Of a stretch of DNA of 64,000 bases, positions 1-10,688 are shown piece by piece (the stretch's first letter is position 1; every line of letters starts with the position of its first letter). Both the position numbers and the translations under genes were made by a program. Location: IMG/VR virus record IMGVR_UViG_3300033463_000011, positions 128,001 through 192,000 of that record; one strand, given 5' to 3'. The stretch is from a virus. Its lineage: Duplodnaviria > Caudoviricetes. The notes beneath the pieces are model-generated. The model was not told where the DNA came from. It made no database searches and worked only from the letters and a program-made list of their open reading frames with translations.

Positions 1-1464
1 CACCAATTAACTTTAACTGATTTAACTCATCTTGCGGATTGGTATGACGAATCTCATAGTTATTCTTCTAATGACTATGCAGCATACAATGGCGGATTAT
101 ATATAGCTACTGGGTCGACTACTGGAGCGTGGGATCAGAGTAAGTGGACTAGAATATTTGATGAAGATGCCAATACACTATTTGGCTTCACATCATATAG
201 AGGAACACTCAACGCAGATTATTTTGAAATTGATTTCTATGATTCTTCTGAAGCCCTTATCGGTACAGTCTATTACAAAGTAACAGGTTGCGGTCCTAGA
301 GCTTGGTCAGATTATATCTTAGTAACTGGAGGTGTTCCTCTAGCAACTACTATTCAGGCAGGTGGATTCTATAATGTGGATTCAACTGCAACAGATGGTG
401 GTTATGTAACATTAGACGAATCAGGAAGATTGAGGTTAATTGATTACGAGTTACTTCGTCAAGGAACACTTGCATACCAGTTAGGTGAAGATTTGACACT
501 TCCTAGTAATGTAACTTCGGATACAGTACAAACGAATCTTGATCAGTATGTTAATGATCGCATTGCATTTCCATTTGATAGCACACTTACTGCAAACTCT
601 CCTGTTATTAATATCTATATAACACTTCCTGCAGAAGAAGAAACAACCACAATAAACATATCTAACATTGATTCGAGATTTGGAACAGCTGTTTATTTAC
701 ACTTCTTAGGAAATGCAAATTCTAATACAGTTGTAAACATCGTTAGTTGTGAAAAGATAAGAATTGATAGTAATATTGGAGGTAATCCGATAATAAACGT
801 TATTCGTTGTGGAATATATTATGATGCAAGTGTATTTAACTATATTAGAACATGCGACATCCATAACACAAGAACCTCAGGATTTACAGGATTTAGCGAT
901 ATTACATTATGGTATAACAAATTCACTTCTGAAGATGCTGATTTATCTATAAACGGTATGGAAGTATTGCAACCTGATGCTACAATGACTTCAGAAGAAA
1001 TTGCATTCTGGAATGAAGATAATCCAAATGACAATCATTATTCTTCAGCACTTAGAAGTATATCGTTTGATAGTAATGGAGACATGATTGGTTGCAGCTT
1101 ATATGTATCTAATGGTACAACTGCTACAAACATAACCACAGGTAAATCAATAATTGGAGGTACATTTAACTTACCTCAAGGTTCTGATTTAGTATATCCT
1201 ATTAAGTGTTTGGTTAAGCCGTTAAAGGTAACAGGTACATTTACTGCAGCATATCCAGTAGAAAATCAAAATTGGGTAGTTATTGCAACAAACTTTACAG
1301 CATTAACTGGTGTATACAATCCTGAAACTGATATAACATCTAACGGAACAATTGGATTCTATTCTGATACAAATCTTCTCAGTGCAGCAAATATAACAAT
1401 GGAGTCAATGGGATGTTGGGATTCTGATGAATATCATATCTTCTACGGAGGCAGCACAATCTGA
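1..1464 (+). CDS. Tail fibre/baseplate structural protein, 5'-truncated by the window edge
   Basis: Frame 1 is open from base 1, upstream of the 376 start in the ORF track. Thr/Ser/Asn-rich beta-type sequence, with a WYDESHSYSSNDYAAYNGGLYIA..W motif resembling a CBM5/12 module. Confidence 0.55.
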   Translation, partial: HQLTLTDLTHLADWYDESHSYSSNDYAAYNGGLYIATGSTTGAWDQSKWTRIFDEDANTLFGFTSYRGTLNADYFEIDFYDSSEALIGTVYYKVTGCGPRAWSDYILVTGGVPLATTIQAGGFYNVDSTATDGGYVTLDESGRLRLIDYELLRQGTLAYQLGEDLTLPSNVTSDTVQTNLDQYVNDRIAFPFDSTLTANSPVINIYITLPAEEETTTINISNIDSRFGTAVYLHFLGNANSNTVVNIVSCEKIRIDSNIGGNPIINVIRCGIYYDASVFNYIRTCDIHNTRTSGFTGFSDITLWYNKFTSEDADLSINGMEVLQPDATMTSEEIAFWNEDNPNDNHYSSALRSISFDSNGDMIGCSLYVSNGTTATNITTGKSIIGGTFNLPQGSDLVYPIKCLVKPLKVTGTFTAAYPVENQNWVVIATNFTALTGVYNPETDITSNGTIGFYSDTNLLSAANITMESMGCWDSDEYHIFYGGSTI

Positions 1465-2048
1465 TGTCATTAATACACGACATTATAAAGATAAAGTATT
1501 CTAAGTTAGGTTATCTTCCTGGATACCCTTATCATCTTATTTCTGATAAGGAGATGTTTGAAGCATTTATCTGTTTAGATTCTACAAATGAAGATCAACA
1601 AAATCAAGAGCACTTTTTCAATGACAATTATCCTAATCCGTTCTTAGAGCAAGATATAATGTACAATAGGTTGAATCAAAAAGGTGAGATAGTTGCTTCT
1701 GTTAGTCTTAAAGCAGAATATGAAAAACTTAAAACATACATAGTGACAACTATAAATAACTATCTTGAACATCAAGGTAAGGAAGATTCAGAAAATTATA
1801 TAATTCCTGATTGGATTTATACTTATATGTTAGGTGAAGTTGTATATAACAATTCAGAATACTTAGATATCTACGATACATTAGCGCTCTTAGGCGATAG
1901 TAATTTAGATAACAAATTTACTAATATAGCCTGTGCTCATTGTTACGCAACAAGTTTGAAGTATATATCTACATTGACATCAGGTATACGTCCTCCCACA
2001 GTATTTGGTGAACCACATGTTATAAAGCAACTTAGATTGGGGGCATAA
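1464..2048 (+). CDS. Hypothetical protein (tail module)
   Basis: 194-aa ORF, translationally coupled (TGATG). Confidence 0.6.
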   Translation: MSLIHDIIKIKYSKLGYLPGYPYHLISDKEMFEAFICLDSTNEDQQNQEHFFNDNYPNPFLEQDIMYNRLNQKGEIVASVSLKAEYEKLKTYIVTTINNYLEHQGKEDSENYIIPDWIYTYMLGEVVYNNSEYLDIYDTLALLGDSNLDNKFTNIACAHCYATSLKYISTLTSGIRPPTVFGEPHVIKQLRLGA

Positions 2049-2051
2049 CAT

Positions 2052-3050
2052 ATGAAATTTTTACAAATAACTCCACAAACTACATTGTCTGATTTAGCAG
2101 ATATGGTTGGAGAGAAAAATGTAGATTATGTTCTCAACGCTAACGGATTAAAAAGAACAGTAAATATTGGTTCTCAAGTATTTGGAAGAGATACTGAAGG
2201 TTCAACTGACGGCCAAACAAAATCAAATATTCTCAACACATTAGTTGCTAATTCGGATGCATATGAAAAAGCTGCATTAGGAACAGAAGCTGATTGGGTT
2301 TCGCTTTATAAATACGGAACTTTCTCAGATTGTTTGCTCATACCTGATGGAATCACACTTCCTTTATCGGACAACGTAATCGGAAACGGTGAGCCTGTAT
2401 CGACAGAATTGTATAATAAGATTAACACTTGGTTAAAAACTAATTCCGAAGTTGATCCTACATTTTTTGCAGAATACAGCGTAGTAGCTTCTGGCGCATA
2501 TGGTTCAACAAATTCAGGAATGATTAGACCGGATCCGTATCCTTGGGAATGGTTCACTTTACCTTGGGGAAAGATAAGCTTATATTCTTCTATATCCGGT
2601 GAGATGATAGATTTCCCTGTATACCCTGAAGAGATAAGCGATGGTTATACTGCAAATTATGACGAGATGCCCCAGATGATATATCAATATGAGCCTTGGC
2701 AAGTATATAAATCATCAGGCCCCAGAACCAATTCTTATACATTTCATATGCATAGAGATATGTGGACAGGAGATCACAGGGATGGATTAGCAAATGACTT
2801 GGTTAGATTTTGTGAAGCAAATTGCTTTCCTGAATACAATGGATCTGCTGTACATGCTCCTTTAGTTACATTTTATCTAAATTCTCAGAATCTTATAACA
2901 GGAGTTATGAAAGACTGTAAAGCAGATTGGACAGGTCCATTAGGGCTTGATGGATTTCAGCTAGAATTAAAATTAACTATAACAATAACTGAAGTTTCAC
3001 CAGAGCCGCTAAATTATACAACAGTAAGAAATAAGGGGTTGATTGAATGA
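2052..3050 (+). CDS. Tail tube initiator/baseplate protein with LysM-like N-terminus
   Basis: N-terminal 'TTLSDLADMVG..VLNANGL'. C-terminal 'FPVYPEEISDGYTANY...YKSSGPRTNSYTF' resembles the CIS tube/gp48-like fold. Confidence 0.5.
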   Translation: MKFLQITPQTTLSDLADMVGEKNVDYVLNANGLKRTVNIGSQVFGRDTEGSTDGQTKSNILNTLVANSDAYEKAALGTEADWVSLYKYGTFSDCLLIPDGITLPLSDNVIGNGEPVSTELYNKINTWLKTNSEVDPTFFAEYSVVASGAYGSTNSGMIRPDPYPWEWFTLPWGKISLYSSISGEMIDFPVYPEEISDGYTANYDEMPQMIYQYEPWQVYKSSGPRTNSYTFHMHRDMWTGDHRDGLANDLVRFCEANCFPEYNGSAVHAPLVTFYLNSQNLITGVMKDCKADWTGPLGLDGFQLELKLTITITEVSPEPLNYTTVRNKGLIE

Positions 3051-3475
3051 TACAGATAAACGATTTAACACAACCTTATAAAACATTAGAACACGAAGGT
3101 ATTGTATATTCTACTTGCAAAGAATTTAATAATATATGCAGATACAGAAACCTCCGTCAAGTAGTTCATTTGCCTAATTCTTCTGATAGATATATAACTC
3201 TTGAAACATCTAATCCGTTAGTTACAAATAACTTGCCGGTAGTATATCATGAAGTAGAGTTAATTGAGGAAAATAGATTAGACCTGATTGCTAATAAGTA
3301 CCTAGGTTCTCCAGAATACAGTTGGGTTATTGCATACTTCAACAGTATCGAAGATGGATATTCTGTAACTGCAGGACAAACAATAATAATTCCTAAATCA
3401 ATTACTGATTTATTTTCAGCAGGTGAAATACTTGCACCTATTAGTGCACTAAGACTTAACTTAGGAGAAGAATAA
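3047..3475 (+). CDS. LysM-type baseplate wedge protein (T4 gp53/P2 gpX-like)
   Basis: RLDLIANKYLGSPEYSWVIAYFN...GQTIIIP motif. Confidence 0.75.
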   Translation: MIQINDLTQPYKTLEHEGIVYSTCKEFNNICRYRNLRQVVHLPNSSDRYITLETSNPLVTNNLPVVYHEVELIEENRLDLIANKYLGSPEYSWVIAYFNSIEDGYSVTAGQTIIIPKSITDLFSAGEILAPISALRLNLGEE

Positions 3476-4923
3476 TGTATAAGCAGCCCTTTGTCTCATT
3501 TTGCTTAGCGGGCGTGTCGCTAACAGACTTTGGCTTAAAAATTCCGTCACCATTTTGTTCTCTTGAGCTAAGTAATTCTCAGATAACTTCATTTACATCA
3601 TGGACACTTACTGTAATAGTTGGCGGTGATGATGTTAAGAAATCTAACATTGCTGCATTTGAAGCATTGTTATACTCCGCAGCTCAAGATGCGAATAAAT
3701 ATCCAAGTTCTAGCGGTATTCCAGTATCATTCATGTTTGGATGGTTAAATAATGATGGCGGAATAGCCGAAAATGTAGCATACCAAGGTTTCACACTTAA
3801 ATTCAATGTATCTACTGATGGATTATTTATGAGATACACAGTAACTGGATACGCTGCAGTTGGATTTAAGTGGGCTATGCCTGTTTATAACATTCCTGCA
3901 GTTTGCGGTTGGGTTCAGCCCTCAGCATTAGTTGAAGCAATATATTGGGGTCTCAAGATGGACAGATACTATGACCTCGACATAGACCATAATGATGCAC
4001 CTACTATGGTTAATCACGGTCCGCTAACAACAAGTGCTACAGGATACATAAGAGGTAGCTATAGTATTCAAGATGATTATAATTCTTGGCCAGGTGCTTT
4101 GAAATTATCTAAATGTTATAATTTCACAAGAGATGCAGCAGGGCTTATGTATGGCTGCAGGAGTTTAAGTTGCTTAACAAACAACCTTACAATAACTCCA
4201 ATAGAATTTTATCTTAAAAAGAGTTTTGTTGATTCAACACCTCAATGCTCTTCTTTTGCATTCTGGGTAGACGAACCTACAATGACACGTAGAGGAGTAT
4301 ATCATTATAAGAGTAACGCAGGATTATCAACATTACATAATTCAGAAACTCTTGAATACGGAACAGCAAATACTAACATATTATCTATAAACGGAAGCTA
4401 CAATGGCGTTGCTTACAATATGGTTAATATGTCTTTCTCTGATGTAGGTTTCGCAGTAGATGGTAGCGGTAACACTATTGTTCATGATACAAAAGTAGTT
4501 AACAGTTGGTCTGCAACTCTTGCAGATGTATTCCAAACTGCTAATATCATCAATGATGTAAACGCATTAGCATCTCAATTTTCTGGAGATTTTACTATTG
4601 TAATTCCTGGAAATGTTAAACAATACACGATAGCACAGCCTGTATCGTTATTAGTAATGTCAGGAAATACTATTTCACCTATTACAGGAATATACAATGT
4701 AGTATCTGTAACTCATAGTATTTCTAATCAATTTACTACAACATTAAAAGTGCAGAGGCTAGTTATGAGTGATGCTAATACAGTTGCATCTTCGCAAGGT
4801 ATAACCATAGGTAACAGGGCAGGATACAATTCTTATTCATACACTCAAACCAGTAATATCATATCTCCAGGATATGTATATTTTGGTAACATGTGGCCGA
4901 CATTTGAGGAAACACCAGGATGA
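3475..4923 (+). CDS. Baseplate hub protein (gp27/gpD-like)
   Basis: C-terminal 'ITGIYNVVSVTHSISNQFTTTLKVQR' is typical of hub proteins; follows the LysM wedge gene. Confidence 0.6.
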   Translation: MYKQPFVSFCLAGVSLTDFGLKIPSPFCSLELSNSQITSFTSWTLTVIVGGDDVKKSNIAAFEALLYSAAQDANKYPSSSGIPVSFMFGWLNNDGGIAENVAYQGFTLKFNVSTDGLFMRYTVTGYAAVGFKWAMPVYNIPAVCGWVQPSALVEAIYWGLKMDRYYDLDIDHNDAPTMVNHGPLTTSATGYIRGSYSIQDDYNSWPGALKLSKCYNFTRDAAGLMYGCRSLSCLTNNLTITPIEFYLKKSFVDSTPQCSSFAFWVDEPTMTRRGVYHYKSNAGLSTLHNSETLEYGTANTNILSINGSYNGVAYNMVNMSFSDVGFAVDGSGNTIVHDTKVVNSWSATLADVFQTANIINDVNALASQFSGDFTIVIPGNVKQYTIAQPVSLLVMSGNTISPITGIYNVVSVTHSISNQFTTTLKVQRLVMSDANTVASSQGITIGNRAGYNSYSYTQTSNIISPGYVYFGNMWPTFEETPG

Positions 4924-5354
4924 TATATAACGTATTAACAACATTAACAGGATTGCAGGTAACTGATACTCGCAATATAATTGACCAAGGATTTTTGGGA
5001 AATGATACAAAAACAGCTAACTGCAAGATAAATACTTTTGAAGTACATAGTATATCTAGCGGTACTGTTATATCTATAGATAGAGATGATAAGTATGCTT
5101 ATTGGCATGTAACTGTAGAAGTAAATTCTAAACGGTGGATCAGATATTGTTGTTTAGCTTCGTTCAAAGTTAAAGTAGGCGATGTAATCAACAAAGGCGA
5201 TTTTATTGGATATGGCTACAGAGGTACAATGCGATTTGAGTATTGCACAGATTCCTTATCTCAGTTTCCTGTAAGATTAGTATCTCGCACAATGTATAAA
5301 CAAGACCCTACTCCTATATTATTTGAGCAAGAGGATGTTGAGGAGGTGTTCTAA
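4920..5354 (+). CDS. Degenerate M23 peptidase-like protein
   Basis: 'VKVGDVINKGDFIG' M23 fold motif; the catalytic HxH appears absent. Confidence 0.5.
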   Translation: MIYNVLTTLTGLQVTDTRNIIDQGFLGNDTKTANCKINTFEVHSISSGTVISIDRDDKYAYWHVTVEVNSKRWIRYCCLASFKVKVGDVINKGDFIGYGYRGTMRFEYCTDSLSQFPVRLVSRTMYKQDPTPILFEQEDVEEVF

Positions 5355-6505
5355 TGCCTCAAACAAATAGTTGGCTTTGTTTATATGCTATATGTCAATT
5401 AGGTAGACCTTATTGGTTTGCTACTTCTGGACAAATTTCAACTAAATCTCTATATGCTGATACAGTTAAACCTGCACTGTTGAGTCAAGGATATCTTCCT
5501 TATAACAATTATGAATATCAATTAGGTGTAAAAGTACATGATTGTTCTGGATTGATTGGAGGAGCATTAACTTGTGAAGGAGTAGACAAACCTCCCACAT
5601 TGCGAAATCCCTTAAAGAATCAGTACTCAATGTTTAATGCTGATTGTTCTAATCATTCTAACAACATAAAAGCATTTCCGCATATTCCAGGAACTCTAGT
5701 ATTTCATAGCAACGGCAGCAGTAAAACTCATGTAGGTATTTATGTTGGCGATTTTGTTGACCTTGACGGCAAAGAGCATATTGAAGAAGTAGTAGAAGCA
5801 ATGGGACACGATTGGGGTGTAACTACTACTAAGTTATCTAACAGTAAGTGGGATTCTTGGGGTCAGTTAGATTGTTGCACAATAGATACGATTAAAGGCC
5901 AGAAATTTGACGCAAGAACAATGACATCTTCTAGAGGTCCTGTTCAAATAAACGTAGAAGCAACTAAGCCTTTTGTGGTAACTCCTTCTCCGCAATTTAA
6001 TCAAACAATTGATTATAGTAAACTTAAAGAAGCTAGAGTTAGTGCAATGATGTTTTTCGGCGGAGAGCTATTTAGTTCATCTCATGAAAAGAAAACATAT
6101 GTTAATCCTAATTTAACTAAACTCGTGCAAGATTGTAATTCTGCAGGTTTGCCTTATGCGTTATATGTAAACGTGAGAGCAAAAGGTGCAATAGACGCTG
6201 ATGCAGAATGCAAGACCTTGTATTATGTTCTTGCACAATTTCCTCCGAAATTAGGTATATGGTTATCATTACAATTTAATAATTCTATAGAATTAAATAA
6301 TCAGATTCTAGAAATATACTACAGATATTTTGAGCAATGGGGAGTTAGTGCTAAGTGTGGTCTATATGTAACTCCAGAACAGCTCAAATTAATAGATTGG
6401 CGTAATTTTGAAAGCCGATTTTATTTATGGATGATTCAAGATATGCCTGTAACTAATGTTGACGACGAATTATTAACACCTGAAATGTTTGAGGTGCCTG
6501 ATTGA
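5354..6505 (+). CDS. Cell-wall hydrolase: NlpC/P60 domain plus GH25-like domain
   Basis: DCSGLI ... HVGIYVG catalytic motifs; C-terminal GH25-like barrel (AGLPYALY, EC..L, GLY, YLW). Confidence 0.75.
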   Translation: MPQTNSWLCLYAICQLGRPYWFATSGQISTKSLYADTVKPALLSQGYLPYNNYEYQLGVKVHDCSGLIGGALTCEGVDKPPTLRNPLKNQYSMFNADCSNHSNNIKAFPHIPGTLVFHSNGSSKTHVGIYVGDFVDLDGKEHIEEVVEAMGHDWGVTTTKLSNSKWDSWGQLDCCTIDTIKGQKFDARTMTSSRGPVQINVEATKPFVVTPSPQFNQTIDYSKLKEARVSAMMFFGGELFSSSHEKKTYVNPNLTKLVQDCNSAGLPYALYVNVRAKGAIDADAECKTLYYVLAQFPPKLGIWLSLQFNNSIELNNQILEIYYRYFEQWGVSAKCGLYVTPEQLKLIDWRNFESRFYLWMIQDMPVTNVDDELLTPEMFEVPD

Positions 6506-8262
6506 TGGAATACATTAAACCTATCCAAGCATTTTTAGAAGCAGCAGAATATTTTTTAGGAATAACATCTCTTAGCAGTGAAAGAGGTAAAGAGATGTTA
6601 CGAACTGCAGGTTATCCAAATTACAACGATGCTTGGTGCGCTGTATACGTAAGTGCATGTGCTGTAAAAGCTGGTTTATCTAATAATGACGACGGCAGTA
6701 TAAATGTTATTGCAAGAGGTACTGCAGCTAACGGTCCCGCATCTAATACTGTTAGTTGGTATAACGGCAAATGGATAGATGGTCCTGCAATTAACGGTGG
6801 TTATCTAGTTACACCTCAACCGGGAGATATAATAACATTCGCTTGGACAGCAAAATATAGAGGTCATTATCATGCAAGTCACGTAGGTATCGTTGAAAAA
6901 GTTGAGGGTGGTCGAGTATACACTTTTGAAGGAAATACTGGAGGGCAAAGTAAACGAAAATCCTATGATTTATCTTATAATTGCATAAACACATATGTAA
7001 GGCCTGATTGGTCTAGAGCAAGTAAAAATGTAGGAAGTAATTTAAGCCAGTATGTATTAGGGTCACTATATCAAACTAAAAATGATAGACATGATATGAC
7101 ATTAAGACAATTTGGATATATTGGCAATAATTATCAATTATCTGATGACCCTTCCAGTTTGCATGTTTCGGCAATTAACTATACATCAATACTGGGAGAA
7201 CTATATAATACATTTGCACCTGCGTCTCTTAGTGCTACTCAAGTAGATACATCTCAACTTGATGGAAATATAAAGATAGCAATGGACTATTTACTTTCAA
7301 TGGGATATAGTGCATCAGCAGCAAGTGCGTATGTAGGGTGCATTAAAACATATTCTGGAGTTGAACCTACATATTCTAAAGAACTTGCAAATAAAAAATA
7401 TCTTAACGGCATCTGTGCTTGGGATGAAAATGAGTTGCCCAAAGTAAAAGATAAGTTAGGCTATGAATGGAATATTAATTTATCAGGGCAGTTAGAATAC
7501 TTTAATGATGATTTAGTAGCTAATTATAAAGAACTTCTTGTCCTCACTAAGAATCTATCTTTATCCGAAAAGAGTATTCAAGGTGCTTGCGATAAAATAA
7601 TGGTTACATATAATAAGCATTTTATATTGACAGATTATATGAATCAATCAAAAGAGGATGCTTTAGAAATATATAACAAGCTAGTTATAACTCAAGGAGT
7701 TATTGCAGGCAGTGTAACAAATCTTAGAAATAGTTCTGGTGAATTGTTAACGCCTCAAAAGAGTAGAAGTATACCTAGTTCTGTATCGCAGACAGGTCTG
7801 ATTGACGATTTCACAAGCTATTCTGCATACTTCCCTGGAAATGCTGCAGTTAAAAGTCACTGGGCAAAAGACACACCTCAACAAGAACTCGCATATAAGT
7901 GGAGAGATCAAGGATTTCCTTGTAATAAAGGTATAGCAATGATTGGTGGTTACTTCTGCGTAGCAGTTGTTGACACGTTTGCTCAATGTGGTGATGTAAT
8001 TGTAGTAAATGCAGAAGACAATATATCATTCTCTGCAATAGTCTGTGATACTAAGAATCAGAAAGACCAAAACTGCAATGAGTGGGGTCACATAAAATAT
8101 TCTAATAAAGTTTCAGTAATAGAATGGCAGCGAGTTAAGACTAATAATGGCAAAGTTGAAGTAGAGTGGTCTGGCTATTCTGATGTAGACTCATGCCAAC
8201 TCGGTAATTGGTATGGCAAAAAAGTTCTAAATATAATAAACTATGGTCCCTACCTTAAATGA
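6502..8262 (+). CDS. Virion-associated lysin: CHAP domain, tail lysozyme-like domain and C-terminal domain
   Basis: AWCAVYVS, PQPGDII, HVGIVE, EGNT define CHAP; GICAW...GQLEY resembles phage_lysozyme2. Confidence 0.8.
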   Translation: MMEYIKPIQAFLEAAEYFLGITSLSSERGKEMLRTAGYPNYNDAWCAVYVSACAVKAGLSNNDDGSINVIARGTAANGPASNTVSWYNGKWIDGPAINGGYLVTPQPGDIITFAWTAKYRGHYHASHVGIVEKVEGGRVYTFEGNTGGQSKRKSYDLSYNCINTYVRPDWSRASKNVGSNLSQYVLGSLYQTKNDRHDMTLRQFGYIGNNYQLSDDPSSLHVSAINYTSILGELYNTFAPASLSATQVDTSQLDGNIKIAMDYLLSMGYSASAASAYVGCIKTYSGVEPTYSKELANKKYLNGICAWDENELPKVKDKLGYEWNINLSGQLEYFNDDLVANYKELLVLTKNLSLSEKSIQGACDKIMVTYNKHFILTDYMNQSKEDALEIYNKLVITQGVIAGSVTNLRNSSGELLTPQKSRSIPSSVSQTGLIDDFTSYSAYFPGNAAVKSHWAKDTPQQELAYKWRDQGFPCNKGIAMIGGYFCVAVVDTFAQCGDVIVVNAEDNISFSAIVCDTKNQKDQNCNEWGHIKYSNKVSVIEWQRVKTNNGKVEVEWSGYSDVDSCQLGNWYGKKVLNIINYGPYLK

Positions 8263-8277
8263 TAATGAGGGCAAATT

Positions 8278-8571
8278 ATGATTGTATTCGGTTATGCAAA
8301 AGATACAAAATATGCAGGCGATGGAACATTATTAATTCAAACAAGAATTCCTAATGCCCATGGTCCTTATCGTATTACTGATTACAACGGGAAGAAGATA
8401 AGAAACTATACAGAAGACAAAGATTTACCTTGGTACCCATCTTTATTGCTTCCATATTTGCCAGGAGATGGAGATGTTGTGGCTCTGACAAGTTTAGACA
8501 ACACTTCATCTTCCTGGTTAGTATTAGGATTAACAGGCGGTTCATATAACAACGGAGTAAGAGATTTATGA
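8278..8571 (+). CDS. Small gp5/Vgr OB-fold-like baseplate protein
   Basis: 'IQTRIPNAHG...LPWY..LP.DGDVV.L.....W.VLG' resembles the gp5 N-terminal OB fold. Confidence 0.55.
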   Translation: MIVFGYAKDTKYAGDGTLLIQTRIPNAHGPYRITDYNGKKIRNYTEDKDLPWYPSLLLPYLPGDGDVVALTSLDNTSSSWLVLGLTGGSYNNGVRDL

Positions 8572-8915
8572 AAATTTACTGCACAGAAAATAAACGACCT
8601 CTTGATAAATTCATCGGAAAAGATGTATGGATTCGTGTTAAAATACATGAAAGAAACTATGCAGGTAGATGGTACAGTTATTGGGACAAGCCTTACATGA
8701 TTCGTGTACTTGAATATGACCCTGAAGCAGATTGGTATGTTATTAACAAGATAATAGATACTTTTGGGCATGATAGAGATGGGCAGTATAAAGGAAATAG
8801 AACTCAAAAGCAAAAGGCTCGTGAGAATAAACACTATATCAAAAGAGCAAGTATTAAATTGGTAGAACCTGTTGAGATATTAACAACTCCCGAAATATTT
8901 GGAGAAGATTTATGA
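8568..8915 (+). CDS. MKIY/GKDxW paralog 1
   Basis: MKIYC...LDKFIGKDVWIR...PVEILTTPEIF. Confidence 0.85.
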   Translation: MKIYCTENKRPLDKFIGKDVWIRVKIHERNYAGRWYSYWDKPYMIRVLEYDPEADWYVINKIIDTFGHDRDGQYKGNRTQKQKARENKHYIKRASIKLVEPVEILTTPEIFGEDL

Positions 8916-9289
8916 AGATATATTGTAATAAAATTCCTGATATTCCAGATATTGATCCAGAACTAATGCGAGCTATACGTCAAATATGTAACAGAGACGC
9001 ATGGTTAGCTGTTAGATCAGAGGAATGGTATAATAAGTGGATTAAAGCAGCAATTGTTAATGGAGAATTAAAATTTGATTCAATATATAATAGTGCTTGG
9101 TACCCTAAACACGAAGTTATTGCAAAGGGACAAGACATTTCTTGCTGCGATTTAACTGCTACAGATATCGGTCTTGATGATTGTAGACTAATTAAACCTA
9201 TAGAGGTGTTATCTTCAGAAGAACTTGCAATGTATATTTCATCGGAAGATAATAGATTTAGATTTGACCCAGAGATATATAACGTATGA
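8912..9289 (+). CDS. MKIY/GKDxW paralog 2
   Basis: MKIYC...CNRDAWL...PIEVLSSEEL. Confidence 0.8.
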   Translation: MKIYCNKIPDIPDIDPELMRAIRQICNRDAWLAVRSEEWYNKWIKAAIVNGELKFDSIYNSAWYPKHEVIAKGQDISCCDLTATDIGLDDCRLIKPIEVLSSEELAMYISSEDNRFRFDPEIYNV

Positions 9290-9597
9290 AGATATATTGT
9301 TCACCAGATGATTATAGAGATTTAATAAAATTCAAAGGTAAAGACCTTTGGGTCAATGCTTATGTAAGTAAAAGATTTGGCAGCAGGAGCAGGTCATACG
9401 AATTTAAGCTTTGGATAAAAATACTGGATGTATATCATGACGAAGCTTCCGATATAACTTATTGTGAATATCTCGCATACACTCCAGATAACATAGTTAC
9501 AGCGCCTCCATTGCCCGCATATAGAATACAGATTATAAAACCTTTTGAAGTAATGACATATAATGAATTAAAGGAGAATTTTGATTCAATCGTATGA
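9286..9597 (+). CDS. MKIY/GKDxW paralog 3
   Basis: MKIYCS...GKDLWV...PFEVMTYNEL. Confidence 0.85.
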   Translation: MKIYCSPDDYRDLIKFKGKDLWVNAYVSKRFGSRSRSYEFKLWIKILDVYHDEASDITYCEYLAYTPDNIVTAPPLPAYRIQIIKPFEVMTYNELKENFDSIV

Positions 9598-9992
9598 AAA
9601 TATACGCAGCTACAAGAGAATTATCTTTTTATGACTTAATCGGCAAAGATGTTTGGGTTAAGTGCTATCACAAAATTGACGAGGATTTACTTGTTATTCC
9701 TCAAAAATTTTATGTTAAGGTTTTATACTTAGATGAAAATGAAAAAGGAGTTCCAGTTTTCAAATGCAATGCTATTGACTGTGATTATGTAGCTCGGGCC
9801 AACGAATATGAACATTTATCTGCAGAGAAAATAAATTCTTTTATCAATAAAATTGAAGAATTTCCTGAAGATGAGGACAACTATTTATCTTTAGTAATAC
9901 AGAAGCCTATACAAGCACTAACTACAGAAGAAATAATTGAAGCAATGTCTTCTAACGAAGACGAAGATAATGATGAGGATGAATATTTGTAA
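9594..9992 (+). CDS. MKIY/GKDxW paralog 4
   Basis: MKIYAA...GKDVWVK...PIQALTTEEI. Confidence 0.85.
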   Translation: MKIYAATRELSFYDLIGKDVWVKCYHKIDEDLLVIPQKFYVKVLYLDENEKGVPVFKCNAIDCDYVARANEYEHLSAEKINSFINKIEEFPEDEDNYLSLVIQKPIQALTTEEIIEAMSSNEDEDNDEDEYL

Positions 9993-10336
9993 TGAAGGTA
10001 AATCCACTCAATGCAGACAGTAATTTGGAAATAGCTGATAAACTCATCGGCAAAGATTTGTGGGTTAAGATATATAACCCAGATTACAATGCAATAAATA
10101 ACACAGCATTCTTGCACGTTTTGCATAAATATAACAGAGGTTATGGATATGATAACAAAATGTGGTATAAGTGCGAAATAATTCCTGAATATGCTATTAT
10201 AGATGGCGGCTATGATTCAGAAGATTGGGAAGTTATTTCCTCAATTATATTTTACAACGAGTTTGATATGAGAACATTTATATTTCAAGACGAATATTAT
10301 ACTACAGAAGAAATTCAAGAGATGTTTGAACAATGA
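9992..10336 (+). CDS. GKDxW paralog 5 (variant leader)
   Basis: MKVNPLNA...GKDLWVK...YTTEEI. Confidence 0.8.
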   Translation: MKVNPLNADSNLEIADKLIGKDLWVKIYNPDYNAINNTAFLHVLHKYNRGYGYDNKMWYKCEIIPEYAIIDGGYDSEDWEVISSIIFYNEFDMRTFIFQDEYYTTEEIQEMFEQ

Positions 10337-10686
10337 AAATATTAGCTTCAGTACAAGATAATAGAGAATTTTTAGATAAGTTAGTGGGCACAGATAGTTG
10401 GGTCTTATGTTATATTAGCAGATCATTTTCACCTAACGGAGACAGAAGATGGTCTAAAAACAGAATGTGGCTTAATTTTGATAGAAAAGTAGATCCAGCA
10501 CATTATGTAGTTCACTTAAAAATTGCAGGAATTGATGGTGATCCATATCTTCCTCCAATGTCGCAATTAGACGATTGTTTACATGGAGAAAGAACACTCT
10601 ATTTTAGAGATATAAAAGTAGTTAAACCTGTTGAAATGTTAGCAACAGATGAATTATTTTCTGGACCTGAACTGGACGAGGAGTAA
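10333..10686 (+). CDS. MKIY/GKDxW paralog 6
   Basis: MKILAS...GTDSWV...PVEMLATDELF. Confidence 0.85.
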   Translation: MKILASVQDNREFLDKLVGTDSWVLCYISRSFSPNGDRRWSKNRMWLNFDRKVDPAHYVVHLKIAGIDGDPYLPPMSQLDDCLHGERTLYFRDIKVVKPVEMLATDELFSGPELDEE

Positions 10687-10688
10687 CA

